Assembly (NCBI GenBank): GCA_964590545.1
Contig: CAZPXE010000001.1
Span: forward strand, 1-49,550
Reading direction: 5' to 3'
From: an uncultured Rhodobacterales bacterium
GTDB lineage: Bacteria > Pseudomonadota > Alphaproteobacteria > Rhodobacterales > Rhodobacteraceae
DNA: 49,550 bases
Part shown: positions 28,656 through 38,670 of the stretch, in pieces
Layout of the letters: every line of letters starts with the position of its first letter
Position numbering within the stretch: position 1 is the first letter of the stretch
Made by a program: the position numbers and the translations under genes
Notes under the pieces: generated by a model
Databases searched by the model: none
Seen by the model: only the letters and a program-made list of their open reading frames with translations
Told to the model about the DNA's origin: nothing

Positions 28656-29651
28656 ATGAATAAGACTCTCGAACAGTTGGTTGGTGTCGTCATTATCGGG
28701 CGCAACGAAGGCGCGCGCCTTGTGCGATGCCTCGCGTCAGTGACCGGGTTCGCGGGTCGCGTGGTCTATGTAGACAGCGGATCAACGGATGATTCCGTGG
28801 CAGAGGCCACCGCCGCCGGGGCAACTGTTGTCGCCCTCGATATGTCGCGCCCCTTTACGGCTGCGCGAGCCCGCAACGCCGGTCTTGCCGCATTGGGCCT
28901 GCACGAGGGGCAAGACGCACCTTTGGATGGGGTGCCGGAGTACATCCAGTTCATCGATGGCGATTGTGAAATGCAGCCTAATTGGCTTGAACAGGGTCTA
29001 AATTTCCTTATTTCTCGTCCGGATGTCGCCGTGGTCTCCGGCCGCCTGCGCGAGCGACATCCCGAAGCATCAATCTACAATGCGCTGTGCGATGAAGAAT
29101 GGAACGCCCCCGTTGGAGAAACCCACTATTGCGGCGGCATCGCCATGATGCGGACACGCGCGTTATTGCAAACAGGCCTATTTGATGCGCGCATGATCGC
29201 GGGGGAAGAGCCTGAATTATGTTTGCGGTTGCAGAATGACGGTTGGACGATTTGGCGCTTGTCCGACGAGATGGCTCTCCATGATGCCGCAATGATGCGG
29301 TTCGGCCAATTCTGGGCACGGATGCGCCGTGGTGGATTTGCCTACGCACTATGGACGGACATGCACGGGCGTGGACGCAACGGGCTGGGCGCGCGCCTGA
29401 TGGTGCGATCCTTGTTCTGGGGTGCAATGGTGCCGATTGTGGTCCTGCTTGCGGCGATTTTTGTTAGCCCCTGGGCCTTAGCGCTTTTGCTGGTCTATCT
29501 GGTGCAAATTGCCGTGTTCGTGCGCCGCGGCCAAAGCCCGAACTCGGCGATGCTGTTGGTGGTCGGCAAGTTTGCGGAGGCCAAAGGCGTGTTGGATTTC
29601 TACCTGAGCAAGTGGCGCGGGCGGCCTGTAGGCCTGATTGAGCACAAATAG
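28656..29651 (+). CDS. Glycosyltransferase family 2
   Basis: VVIIGRNEG, YVDSGSTD, FTAARARNAG, QFIDGDC, AGEEPELCLRL. Confidence 0.95.
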   Translation: MNKTLEQLVGVVIIGRNEGARLVRCLASVTGFAGRVVYVDSGSTDDSVAEATAAGATVVALDMSRPFTAARARNAGLAALGLHEGQDAPLDGVPEYIQFIDGDCEMQPNWLEQGLNFLISRPDVAVVSGRLRERHPEASIYNALCDEEWNAPVGETHYCGGIAMMRTRALLQTGLFDARMIAGEEPELCLRLQNDGWTIWRLSDEMALHDAAMMRFGQFWARMRRGGFAYALWTDMHGRGRNGLGARLMVRSLFWGAMVPIVVLLAAIFVSPWALALLLVYLVQIAVFVRRGQSPNSAMLLVVGKFAEAKGVLDFYLSKWRGRPVGLIEHK

Positions 29652-29655
29652 CTGT

Positions 29656-30900
29656 TCACGTTTCGTCGGGCCTTGATGTATCGGGCAATGTGGCGTCCAG
29701 ACTGGTGCTTATCAGCTTGGACAGCCAAGCTGCTTCGGTAGGAGAGTTGAAATCAGCGACCACTTTACTGCGTCCGGCCTCACCCATTCGGGCACAGAGT
29801 GCAGGGTCGTTTAAAAGGTCATCTATCCGCTGGGTCAGCGTCCCCAGATCGCCCGGCGGGCAGATAAAGCCTGACACCTGATCTGCCACCAATTCGCTGA
29901 TCCCACCGACTTGGGTGGTGACGACGGGCAACCGTGCCGCCATCGCCTCCATCAACACCACCGGAACGCCTTCGGCAAAGCTGGGCAAGACCAGCATATC
30001 AGTTTCGGACAGGATCCTAGCGACCTCATCCTGAGACTGGTACCCGACGAACTGCACCGTTTTTCCCAGTGTTCGAGCCTTATCTTCAAGATCGGCGCGG
30101 GCAGGGCCGTCGCCCACAACAACCAGTTCAAGGTCGGGGTGAGCGTCTTTCAAACGGGTGACTGCTTCGAGCAGTAAGGGCACGCCTTTGACCCCATCCA
30201 GCCGCCCCACGAACAATAGGCGTTTGCCATAGCTGCGCGCGCTCGACTGGTCGTATTTGGACGGGTCGATCCCGCAATGAACAATCTTGAGTCTGTCCCA
30301 GTGTTGGGGGTCCGAAAACAGCATCCCCTGAGAGCGGCAAAAATGGCTGATACAGGCCACAAAGGATGCGCGGGCGATCTTTTCGTCAATCCGCCAGTGC
30401 ATCGGTTCAAAGAAGATCCCTGGCCCGTGCATCGTGACACTGTAGGGGATGCCGCTGATCTGTGCGGTCAACATGGCGACAGTGCAACTGCTGTCCGCAA
30501 AGTGATTGTGCAGATGCCGCACGCCAGATGCACGCAAATGCTGCGCGAGGACGCCAGCTTCGAGGAAATAGAAAAGCTGCCAGATCCCGGCTTTGATCCC
30601 TGCCGGCTTCGTGCGCCATGCCAAAGCCAATGCCGCAGCCCAGCCCTTGGGGTTCTTGGCCAGCGCGGAGGCATGCGCGCGGATCAGGGTCAAAGGGTTC
30701 TTGCTGGCGTTCATCACCTGAAACGTCGCGGCGAATTCGGCCTGTTGTTCAGGTCCTACGTGATGCGCGGCATCTGTCGCGCGGATCGTATTGGTGATCA
30801 CATCCTGTCCGTGGGCGCGCAAAGCAGCGACCTCGCGCTGGATGAAGGTATCAGTCGCGCGGGGGTATTGTCCTGTTAGATAGGCGATGGGTCCGGTCAT
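29656..30900 (-). CDS. Glycosyltransferase family 4 (WcaL-like)
   Basis: YPRATDTFIQRE, HLHNHF, LFVGRL..KG, PSFAEGVPVVLMEAMA. Confidence 0.92.
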   Translation of the reverse strand: MTGPIAYLTGQYPRATDTFIQREVAALRAHGQDVITNTIRATDAAHHVGPEQQAEFAATFQVMNASKNPLTLIRAHASALAKNPKGWAAALALAWRTKPAGIKAGIWQLFYFLEAGVLAQHLRASGVRHLHNHFADSSCTVAMLTAQISGIPYSVTMHGPGIFFEPMHWRIDEKIARASFVACISHFCRSQGMLFSDPQHWDRLKIVHCGIDPSKYDQSSARSYGKRLLFVGRLDGVKGVPLLLEAVTRLKDAHPDLELVVVGDGPARADLEDKARTLGKTVQFVGYQSQDEVARILSETDMLVLPSFAEGVPVVLMEAMAARLPVVTTQVGGISELVADQVSGFICPPGDLGTLTQRIDDLLNDPALCARMGEAGRSKVVADFNSPTEAAWLSKLISTSLDATLPDTSRPDET

Positions 30901-31835
30901 TGCATGTCCTGTTCGGCCTGTTTTGCGCGGGCGATCTGTTGGGCGAAAGGCTCATACGTTGCTGGATCAAGCAAGCGCTCAGCCTGTGTGGTGTCGTAGA
31001 CGAGGGGCCGGAAACGCGCCCGCCAGGACGCTCTGCGACCCGTCAATGAGCCAACAAGATGCACCAGCGCGGATGGTACCGGGACGACCTTTAGGCCAAT
31101 AGCCGTCAGCCATTCCTTGCATGTGGGTTGTGCTGGTTCGATCAGATTGGTGACTTTCGCCTCGCCCGTGTTCGTGTCTGCGTGGGTTGCGGCCCGAAGG
31201 ATCGCTTGTGCTGCACGATCCACATGGATGGCGGGCATCAAGGTCTTGGGGCCAGGGCAGAACACGCGCCCGGCCTTCACAAAGCCTAGTTGCGCAGACC
31301 AGAGTCTGTTCGGGCCAAATATCGCGCCCGGGCGGATAATGTGGAGGGACCCGTCATAGCCAGCGACCCTGTGCTCTTGCGCGGCTTTGGCCGCAGCGTA
31401 AGCGTCGCGCGCGTGGCTGTCGCTCACTAAGGAGGCGGTCTCATCGAGTGTCGCGTGATCAGTCAAGTTTGCCACATCATAGACCGACAGAGAACTGATC
31501 AGGATCAGGCGGGGCAGGGTTTCCATTTGGGACATGCCCGCCACCAGATGTTCGGTGGCCGCAAGAGTATCGCGCGCATGGGCCTTGGTGGTGCCTGAAA
31601 AACTGGCTGCGGCGTGGATGATAACCTCGACCCCGACGAGGGCCGCCTTAAGGCGTTCGGGCGCATCCGGCGCGCCAAGATCGACTTGGACGGGATGAAA
31701 ATCGCTGTCCTTTGGAGCCGTGTTCGACCCTGTATTGCGGGAAAGGGCCACGACCGAGAGGCCTTGCGCCTTCGCCGCATGCACAAGGGCGCGTCCTAGA
31801 AAACCCGAAGCTCCCGTGATCATGATCCGCGTCAT
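30897..31835 (-). CDS. NAD-dependent epimerase/dehydratase
   Basis: ITGASGFLG, IIHAAA, ISSLSVY, YAAAK (YxxxK), RPGAIFGP. Confidence 0.9.
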   Translation of the reverse strand: MTRIMITGASGFLGRALVHAAKAQGLSVVALSRNTGSNTAPKDSDFHPVQVDLGAPDAPERLKAALVGVEVIIHAAASFSGTTKAHARDTLAATEHLVAGMSQMETLPRLILISSLSVYDVANLTDHATLDETASLVSDSHARDAYAAAKAAQEHRVAGYDGSLHIIRPGAIFGPNRLWSAQLGFVKAGRVFCPGPKTLMPAIHVDRAAQAILRAATHADTNTGEAKVTNLIEPAQPTCKEWLTAIGLKVVPVPSALVHLVGSLTGRRASWRARFRPLVYDTTQAERLLDPATYEPFAQQIARAKQAEQDMQ

Positions 31836-32965
31836 GACAATGTCTCCGCCCAGGGCATCGGCGCGATTGCAGCAAAATCAGTGGTCATGACCTGCGCACC
31901 TGTCGTTTTGCCCGCGTTCTGTATTGCCAGTGTGACTTCGGTCAGGTGTAGAGCGAAATCTGCGGGCATCCGGCTCGGGCGGTTTTGCGCGATTGCGTCT
32001 AGGACCTCGGCCGGACCGAGGGCGAAATTCATCGAAGCGGCCCCGGTGCGTTTGACCTTGGGGTGGGTCGGTTGGCGCAGCTTTAGCCGCTTGGTCAAAG
32101 GCCATTCAACCAAACGCCTGCGGACGGCCTTTCGGATACGTTTGCGAACTGGGGCGCTGTTGTCCCAGCATTCGTGGATTTCCAGCGTGCCATCGGTCCC
32201 AAAAACGCGAATGGCATGGTCATGTTTCGCGATGATCGAACACGTAAGCCGCGCCACGACATTGTTGTCAAAGTAAAGCACACCAACAGAGAAGTCAGGC
32301 GCGCCAGAGGCCCCGTTCAATTTGGTCGTGTCCAATTCAGCGGAGCCGGCAACAACCTGGCGGATCGGCCCGAAGCACATCATCAACCATGTCAGGTAGT
32401 ACCCTGCATGTTCCAATGTACAGCCGACTTCGAATTCATCCTTGGCCGGCCAGGGCGCACCTGAGGCACTGATCCAGCCTTCATATGGCGCCTGACTGAT
32501 ATAGCCGTCATCCAGTTCAGCATAGACCAGGTTCGGGGTCCCGATCTGATTATCCCGCAAGGCCGCCCACAGGGTCTGCGAGGTTTCGCTAAGGTAGCTA
32601 CAGGGGGCGGAGGACAACAGGACATCTTTTGCCAGCGCGAGATCATATAAGCTGCGCGCGTCCTCAAGCGACATGGCCAGGGGCTTTTCGCTGTAGACGT
32701 GATGACCCGCCTCAAGACAGGCGCGCGAAACATCATAATGCGCGGACGGATTGGTCAGATTCAGGATCAGGTCCTGATCGGTGCAGTGTCCCAACAGGTC
32801 TTCAAGCCCGGATGCTGCTGGCACGTCCCAGTGATCGCTAAACGCTTTAAGGCGGTCAGGATCGATGTCCCAGACCGTTTTGACGGTAATATCGGGAAAT
32901 ACCTCAAGGGAGGTCATGTAGAGGTCGGCGACAAAGCCGGTTCCGATGATCGCAACATACTTCAA
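31832..32965 (-). CDS. Gfo/Idh/MocA family oxidoreductase
   Basis: IIGTGFVA, HVYSEKPLA, LEHAGYY. Confidence 0.92.
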   Translation of the reverse strand: MKYVAIIGTGFVADLYMTSLEVFPDITVKTVWDIDPDRLKAFSDHWDVPAASGLEDLLGHCTDQDLILNLTNPSAHYDVSRACLEAGHHVYSEKPLAMSLEDARSLYDLALAKDVLLSSAPCSYLSETSQTLWAALRDNQIGTPNLVYAELDDGYISQAPYEGWISASGAPWPAKDEFEVGCTLEHAGYYLTWLMMCFGPIRQVVAGSAELDTTKLNGASGAPDFSVGVLYFDNNVVARLTCSIIAKHDHAIRVFGTDGTLEIHECWDNSAPVRKRIRKAVRRRLVEWPLTKRLKLRQPTHPKVKRTGAASMNFALGPAEVLDAIAQNRPSRMPADFALHLTEVTLAIQNAGKTTGAQVMTTDFAAIAPMPWAETLS

Positions 32966-32969
32966 TGAT

Positions 32970-33803
32970 CTAACGGCCCCGTACCCAGTCCTTGGTTGGA
33001 CTCTTCGATTTTACTGCGAGAGCGACAGCGGCGTAAACAGCAAAAGCAAAAGGCGTTCCCAGTGCCAGTTTTATCATCTCGGGTTTGCTTGGCGTTTGTG
33101 CTGCGTCGTTGACCATCAGATCTGGATATAACACACGGACTTCGGTGACCCCTGCGTCCTGTCGCCTACGGACTTTCACGAGCCCCGCAAAGCCTTCGAT
33201 CATCGGCCAATGAAACCGCGCGGGGACTTCGATGCGTTCGGACGGCGCAAAGGAGAGCCGTACAAAGGTATCGTCCGAGATGATGTCCGGAAAAGCATCC
33301 CAACGGGCGCGCCCGGCAGCGTTCATGGCAAACAGCCCGGCCCCGACGGCGCCGCCTTGGAAGAATGGCAGGCTCTGCCAGAGCCGTGCATAGGCTCGTG
33401 TCACCCAACTGCGTGCGGGGGCAATGGTCAGCCGTCCTGTGGCATAGCGGGGCTCATCGGTTTGAAGAGCGGTGATAAGCTGTCCCACCAGATCGGGATC
33501 GCAGATCACATCCGCGTCCAGATAGATCCGGATGCCCGGCCCCAGGCCTGCTTCGGCACTGTTCAGAGCTGTGGTTTTACCGGGCGTCTTCAAATCCAGA
33601 ACCTGCAGGTCTGCATCTCGCGCCGCAAAGGCTTCGGTGTGGGCGTGTACAACCTCAACGGTGGCGTCCGTGCAGGCGTTCGCTGCGACGACAATGCGCA
33701 TCGCACCCGCAGACCCGTCCTGTAAGAGCAGGGCGCGTAGGCACTCATCGATATAGTCAGCCTCATTATGGGCTGGGATGATGATCGTACAACTAGGCTG
33801 CAT
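32970..33803 (-). CDS. Glycosyltransferase family 2
   Basis: IIIPAHNE, ANACTDAT, GKTTALN, YLDADV, ISDDTFV. Confidence 0.92.
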   Translation of the reverse strand: MQPSCTIIIPAHNEADYIDECLRALLLQDGSAGAMRIVVAANACTDATVEVVHAHTEAFAARDADLQVLDLKTPGKTTALNSAEAGLGPGIRIYLDADVICDPDLVGQLITALQTDEPRYATGRLTIAPARSWVTRAYARLWQSLPFFQGGAVGAGLFAMNAAGRARWDAFPDIISDDTFVRLSFAPSERIEVPARFHWPMIEGFAGLVKVRRRQDAGVTEVRVLYPDLMVNDAAQTPSKPEMIKLALGTPFAFAVYAAVALAVKSKSPTKDWVRGR

Positions 33804-34037
33804 CTGAATGTCGGGCGTTTTGGGATTTATTTTTGCTTAACACACCCGAAGTGACCCGTCCAAAGCAATTATGGAAACAGTAAATCCCGATTCCCGCAGA
33901 GGGGCTAAGCCCAATGTATGTTGACGTAAGGTTAAATAACTGCTTGAAGGATAAATATTATTTTTATCTCTTTGATTACTTTTATTCACATACCGCCGTC
34001 TGTTTAAGTCGCGTGAGACGTTTAGTTTGAGGCCTTT

Positions 34038-35177
34038 ATGGTTCGCAGCACATCCCCAGTCATTGGCTCTGACCTTCCGCAAGATGCAGGGATCAGCATT
34101 ATCGTTCCTACGTATCAAGAAGTGGACAATATTCCACATTTGCTAAAGCGGCTGGACGCGGTTCGGGCTGAGTATGACGGCCCGTTCGAAGTCATTTTTA
34201 TGGATGATGACAGTCAGGATGGCAGTGTTGAGGCGGTCGCCGCAACCGGACACGATTGGGCCCGGATGATTGTGCGGACCGAAAACCGCGGGCTCAGCCC
34301 AGCTGTGATCGAAGGATTTGAAAACGCGAAGTATCCGATCTTGGCTTGTATGGATTGCGATCTGTCGCATCCGCCAGAAGTCTTGGCACAGATGGTGCTG
34401 GGGCTGAGAGCCGGTCAGCAGATTGTGATAGGGTCACGCTACGTGCCCGGTGGATCAACCGATGACGACTGGGGGATCGGGCGTTGGATGAATTCCCTGG
34501 TCGCGACGCTTCTGGCGCGACCTTTGACGAAAGCGCGCGACCCGATGTCTGGCTTCTTCGTTTTACGCAAAGCAGACTTTGAAGCCGCCGATGAGCTGAA
34601 CCCGATCGGCTACAAAATCGCGCTTGAACTGATCGTGAAGTGCGGGCTGGAGAATGTCGGTGAGGTCCCGATCCACTTCACGGACCGGGTGCACGGTGAT
34701 TCAAAGCTGACGTTCAAAGAACAGCTGAAATATATCAAACATTTGCGCCGGCTTTATATCCATCGGTTTTCCAACACGATGTATCTGGCACAGTTTCTGG
34801 TCGTTGGCATGTCGGGCGTCGTTGTGAATCTGGTGGTTCTTAGTCTGTTGAGCTTGATGGGTCTGGCCGACTGGATTTGCCTTGCGGGGGGGATCGCCGT
34901 CAGCATCGTGACGAACTTCTTACTGAACCGGCGCTACACGTTCTCATATGCGCGCGATGGGGCGATCTTGCGGCAATTCGTAAGTTTCGTGGGCGCCTGC
35001 GCCGTCGGCATGGTGGTCAACTACGTTGTGGCGTTGTCGCTGCGGGGCCATTTCGGCGATGAGGGCACCTTCTCGCTGCAATTGGCCGCCCTTGGTGGTA
35101 TTGCGGCGGGCATGTTGTTTAACTTCCTTGGCAGCCGTTACATCGTGTTCCGAAAGCGGTTCGTGAAAAAGGCATGA
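34038..35177 (+). CDS. Polyprenol-phosphate glycosyltransferase (DPM1-like GT2) fused to a GtrA flippase-like domain
   Basis: IIVPTYQE, MDDDSQDGS, MDCDLSHPPE, GSRYVPGG, DPMSGFF, DRVHGDSKL; C-terminal QFLVVG..NFLLNRRYTF..FNFLGSRYIVF (GtrA). Confidence 0.92.
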   Translation: MVRSTSPVIGSDLPQDAGISIIVPTYQEVDNIPHLLKRLDAVRAEYDGPFEVIFMDDDSQDGSVEAVAATGHDWARMIVRTENRGLSPAVIEGFENAKYPILACMDCDLSHPPEVLAQMVLGLRAGQQIVIGSRYVPGGSTDDDWGIGRWMNSLVATLLARPLTKARDPMSGFFVLRKADFEAADELNPIGYKIALELIVKCGLENVGEVPIHFTDRVHGDSKLTFKEQLKYIKHLRRLYIHRFSNTMYLAQFLVVGMSGVVVNLVVLSLLSLMGLADWICLAGGIAVSIVTNFLLNRRYTFSYARDGAILRQFVSFVGACAVGMVVNYVVALSLRGHFGDEGTFSLQLAALGGIAAGMLFNFLGSRYIVFRKRFVKKA

Positions 35178-36721
35178 CGGTCTTACGCAGCCATGCGGTT
35201 TGGATATGGCCGATCGTTTTGGCCGTTTTGGTTCTGTTGACCCAAAGTGGCGCGTTGGTACATGAGGTCCTCAATTGGGACGAGTCGACCTTCATGTTGC
35301 TCGGGTCTGACCTGCGGGACGGGACCCTTCCCTACATTGAGCGGTTCGACAACAAACCGCCGATGATTTTCTTCATTTATGCCGGTTGGATGTCTGTGTT
35401 CGGCGAGACAGTCCTATCAGCCCGTCTATTGGGCGATTTCTCTATGTGGCTCATTGCGGTGACCGTCTTTTTGATTGCGCGTCGCCACGTGGATAGCCTT
35501 GCGGCAGCGGCAAGCGCCGCGCTTTATGTGTCTATTCATGCTGTAGAGCCAGGGTTTCACACAGCGGCCGGTTTTCCAGCCATGGCGATGGTTATGGCAG
35601 CCCTGTACCTGCTGCTGGTTTATCCCCACAAGCATCTTGCGGTGCTGTGTGCAGGGGTTTTGATCGGCATTGCGGTGCTGACCCGAACCAATCTGGCATA
35701 TCTCGCGCTGGCCAGTGGTCTATGGATCGCAGTGTTGGGTCTGATCTGGCCCGGCCGGTTTGGGTTCGTACGGATGTCGCCCTTTGCTTATGGGGCAGGT
35801 GGCCTGATCCCACTGGGGATCATTGTAGGCATCTTCGGTTATGGCGGTGCGCTGTATGAGTTGTGGCTGGCAAGCGTCGAGGTCGCCTTCAGCTATTCAA
35901 AGGAATGGGAATCTGGCGCCATCCAGGCCGGCATCGGACATGTGTATCAATGGATGCATTCGATGTCCGAAACGCCGCTGCTGCACGGACCCTTTCTGAT
36001 GGCCACACTGCTCGGAGTTGGAGCGACGCTGTGGCCTTGGGCGCAGGCTCGGGAAAGGGCACCAGATACAGGACCCGGGCTGAATCGCATGGATTGGGCT
36101 CTGATTTGGGTGTTCCTGATCTCTATTCAGTGGTCCATCCTTCAAAGCGGATCGCTATATAAACACTATTGGCAACAATTCTTTCCGCTGACATGTCTGT
36201 TTGTAGCGGTCCTGATCGGTCGTCTGAACGGTCATACGATCTGGCGCGGTCTGGCGTTGGCGCTGGTCGCGGTGCCCGTTTTGGCCGGATTGGGACGGAT
36301 GGGCCCTTCTAGCCTGCAGGTTCTGACCAAACCGGGCTATGCGACGGATCAATACGACATTCTGGCCGCGTCCCTTATCCTTGAAGACATGATGGAGCCG
36401 GATGACAGGGTCTGGGCTTTGACCAATCACGTGATCCTACACTATCTTGACCTGCCGACCGTGTCGCGGGTCACGGCCCACCCAAGCAACATCACCAGAA
36501 CGTCAATCACCACACCACTGGAAGAGGCTGGGTATATCCAACCCAATGAGCTGGAGCGGGTCATGGACAGCCTGCCAGAGTTCATCGTGTCCAATACGGA
36601 CGGGAACCTTTACTATTTTCGGGATCGTGCGCTTATCCCAGCCTACCTTGCAGCCCACTATGACCTCGTTCACACGACGCCCGTCATTTCCCTTTATCGA
36701 CTGAAGGAAGATCAGTCGTGA
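35174..36721 (+). CDS. ArnT/PMT-like (GT-C fold) membrane glycosyltransferase
   Basis: LNWDESTF..LPY..FDNKPP first-loop motif, many TM helices, HYWQQ; ATGA overlap with the DPM1-GtrA gene. Confidence 0.8.
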   Translation: MTVLRSHAVWIWPIVLAVLVLLTQSGALVHEVLNWDESTFMLLGSDLRDGTLPYIERFDNKPPMIFFIYAGWMSVFGETVLSARLLGDFSMWLIAVTVFLIARRHVDSLAAAASAALYVSIHAVEPGFHTAAGFPAMAMVMAALYLLLVYPHKHLAVLCAGVLIGIAVLTRTNLAYLALASGLWIAVLGLIWPGRFGFVRMSPFAYGAGGLIPLGIIVGIFGYGGALYELWLASVEVAFSYSKEWESGAIQAGIGHVYQWMHSMSETPLLHGPFLMATLLGVGATLWPWAQARERAPDTGPGLNRMDWALIWVFLISIQWSILQSGSLYKHYWQQFFPLTCLFVAVLIGRLNGHTIWRGLALALVAVPVLAGLGRMGPSSLQVLTKPGYATDQYDILAASLILEDMMEPDDRVWALTNHVILHYLDLPTVSRVTAHPSNITRTSITTPLEEAGYIQPNELERVMDSLPEFIVSNTDGNLYYFRDRALIPAYLAAHYDLVHTTPVISLYRLKEDQS

Positions 36722-37070
36722 CCCTGATGTGGATCATGCAGGTGCGTGACGCCCCCATTTGTCAGGTGTAACTCTTGGGGGAGGAATGGCCGAAGGGCCC
36801 CTGCCCACAAGATCAGTTCCAACCCCTAGCCTGGCCAATGCAGGTATGTTAAGCCGCCGGCATCTTTTCGTATCAGTACCCCCCAAAGAGGGTAGGAGAT
36901 CTTGACCCGTGGAACAGGCTTTGCAAATTCCTCTAGGGCACACCAAGCATCGCGCTGATCTTTTCAATTCTGATCCCAACAGCACAACTGATCTGACCGG
37001 TTCCGCCGTGTTCAGATATTGACCCAAACCATATGAACCGTTCCCCATTTTACAGTAAGGCGCAGTTGAC

Positions 37071-38012
37071 GTGACACAAATCCCTCAAGATCCAATCATC
37101 ATTTATGGCTCTGTACGGGCCGGAACCACGATGTTCCGACTGATGCTCGGCGCGCATCCAGATCTCGTGGAGATTGGTGAAAATCAATTCATGGTGGACG
37201 GCCTCATCGACCCAAACGCAGCGGATTTTGCCTATAACGCCCATTGGCTGGGCCACGAGCGGGTCTTTCGCATGCGAAACCTGACGTGCCCGGATGGTTT
37301 GGACGGTCTTGATCTGCTCAATGACATGATTGATCAAATGCGCGACGGCCGGACAGGACCGCCCGTCATAACCTTCCACGCCGATATCGACGTACTGGAC
37401 CGCTTGTTCCCGACGGCGCGATACATCCACATCTATCGCGACCCTCGCGACGTGGCCAATTCTGCAACCCGGTTTGGCTGGTCTGGCAACGTCTATTACG
37501 GTGCCGATTTCTGGCTGGCTGCTGAAGAAAGCTGGGCGCACAAAAAGCCAACGTTAGACCCGAGCCGCTACGCCGAGGTACGCTACGAAGATCTGGTCTT
37601 GGACGCACCCGCTGAATTGGAGCGACTTTGCAATTTTCTAGGCATCGCGTTCACCGAAGCCATGTTCGGATACGCCGACAAGAGCACCTATGACAAACCT
37701 GATCCAAAGCTGACCCAGCAGTGGAAGAGGAAACTAACCGCCAAACAGACAGCCCTTGTCGAACACCGATGCGGGCCGCTGATGGATCAGCTTGGCTATG
37801 AACGCGCTCACGCTGATCTGCGGCCCCTCGGAACATTGTCGAAATTGCACTTGGCCGTCGACAACAAGTTGCGCAAGGTTGCCGCAGCCATCCGATTTTA
37901 TGGATTGCGCGATTATGGGCTGGAGAAGGTATACCGGTTGCCTGGCTTGCAGGCTCGTCGACAGGCGGTATTGCTAAGCATGCAAGAAACGATGAATAAA
38001 TCTCTCAAGTAA
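37071..38012 (+). CDS. Sulfotransferase (Sulfotransfer_3-like)
   Basis: IYGSVRAGTT P-loop, YIHIYRDPRDVANS, VRYEDLV..LCNFLG. Confidence 0.92.
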   Translation: MTQIPQDPIIIYGSVRAGTTMFRLMLGAHPDLVEIGENQFMVDGLIDPNAADFAYNAHWLGHERVFRMRNLTCPDGLDGLDLLNDMIDQMRDGRTGPPVITFHADIDVLDRLFPTARYIHIYRDPRDVANSATRFGWSGNVYYGADFWLAAEESWAHKKPTLDPSRYAEVRYEDLVLDAPAELERLCNFLGIAFTEAMFGYADKSTYDKPDPKLTQQWKRKLTAKQTALVEHRCGPLMDQLGYERAHADLRPLGTLSKLHLAVDNKLRKVAAAIRFYGLRDYGLEKVYRLPGLQARRQAVLLSMQETMNKSLK

Positions 38013-38023
38013 GGCCTACCCTG

Positions 38024-38051
38024 AATTTACATAACATTCATTATCGGCTGC
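38024..38051 (-). other. XerC/XerD dif-like dimer-resolution site
   Basis: Minus strand GCAGCCGATAA-TGAATG-TTATGTAAATT: two 11-bp arms and a 6-bp spacer, comparable to E. coli dif GGTGCGCATAA-TGTATA-TTATGTTAAAT. Confidence 0.75.
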
Positions 38052-38642
38052 GCAGATTTCAGCGCGCACACGACCCTCAACTGCTACTCTTTTGGAAAAA
38101 ATACGTGTCTAACAAAGGGGGTTAGCCCCTCAATCTCGGACTAAACGGCCATTTTCGTAAGCGCATTCCATCTTTTCGACCTGCCATGTTGGGCGCCTAA
38201 ACGTGAGCGAAGACATACAACTTAGCCCATTTGAAGTTGCTTTTCGCAACCTGTGCAAAGACCTAGCCAAACCGGCACCAAAATCGAGACTCGCATAACC
38301 CCTTGAGCGACTAGAATGCGCCCTAAGGACTTACGGCAGGCCACGGGTTACCCTGGTGCCTTTCCGCCCTCCTAATGCCATTGAAAGGCTCAGTATGGGC
38401 TTTAGTGCTCGTCGATCTCTGCGAAAGTACAGACCACACCCCTACCAACGCACCCCCGCCAGAGAGCCCCCTACCCTGCCCTATTGACCTTCGCCTTCAC
38501 CCGAACGGTCAAACGAGATCCCATTGGGGATCAAAGGAAAAGCGATACCAAGGGTCAGCCAACTACCAAACCCTTTGCCTTCAAGCTAAGATACTTAGAA
38601 GGTGCAAAATTTTTCATTATATATCAATGCTTTAGCCACATA

Positions 38643-38660
38643 TGTTTCGCGTGCGAAACA
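38643..38660. promoter_or_regulatory. Candidate parS palindrome
   Basis: TGTTTCGC-GT-GCGAAACA, perfect 8-bp arms, 10 bp downstream of the parB stop; resembles TGTTTCACGTGAAACA. Confidence 0.65.
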
Positions 38661-38670
38661 CTCTCTGCAC

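Noticed and set aside
36722-37070. Intergenic stretch with a 104-aa minus-strand ORF, possible sRNA
   Set aside because: No recognisable protein motif, RNA family signature or convincing terminator.
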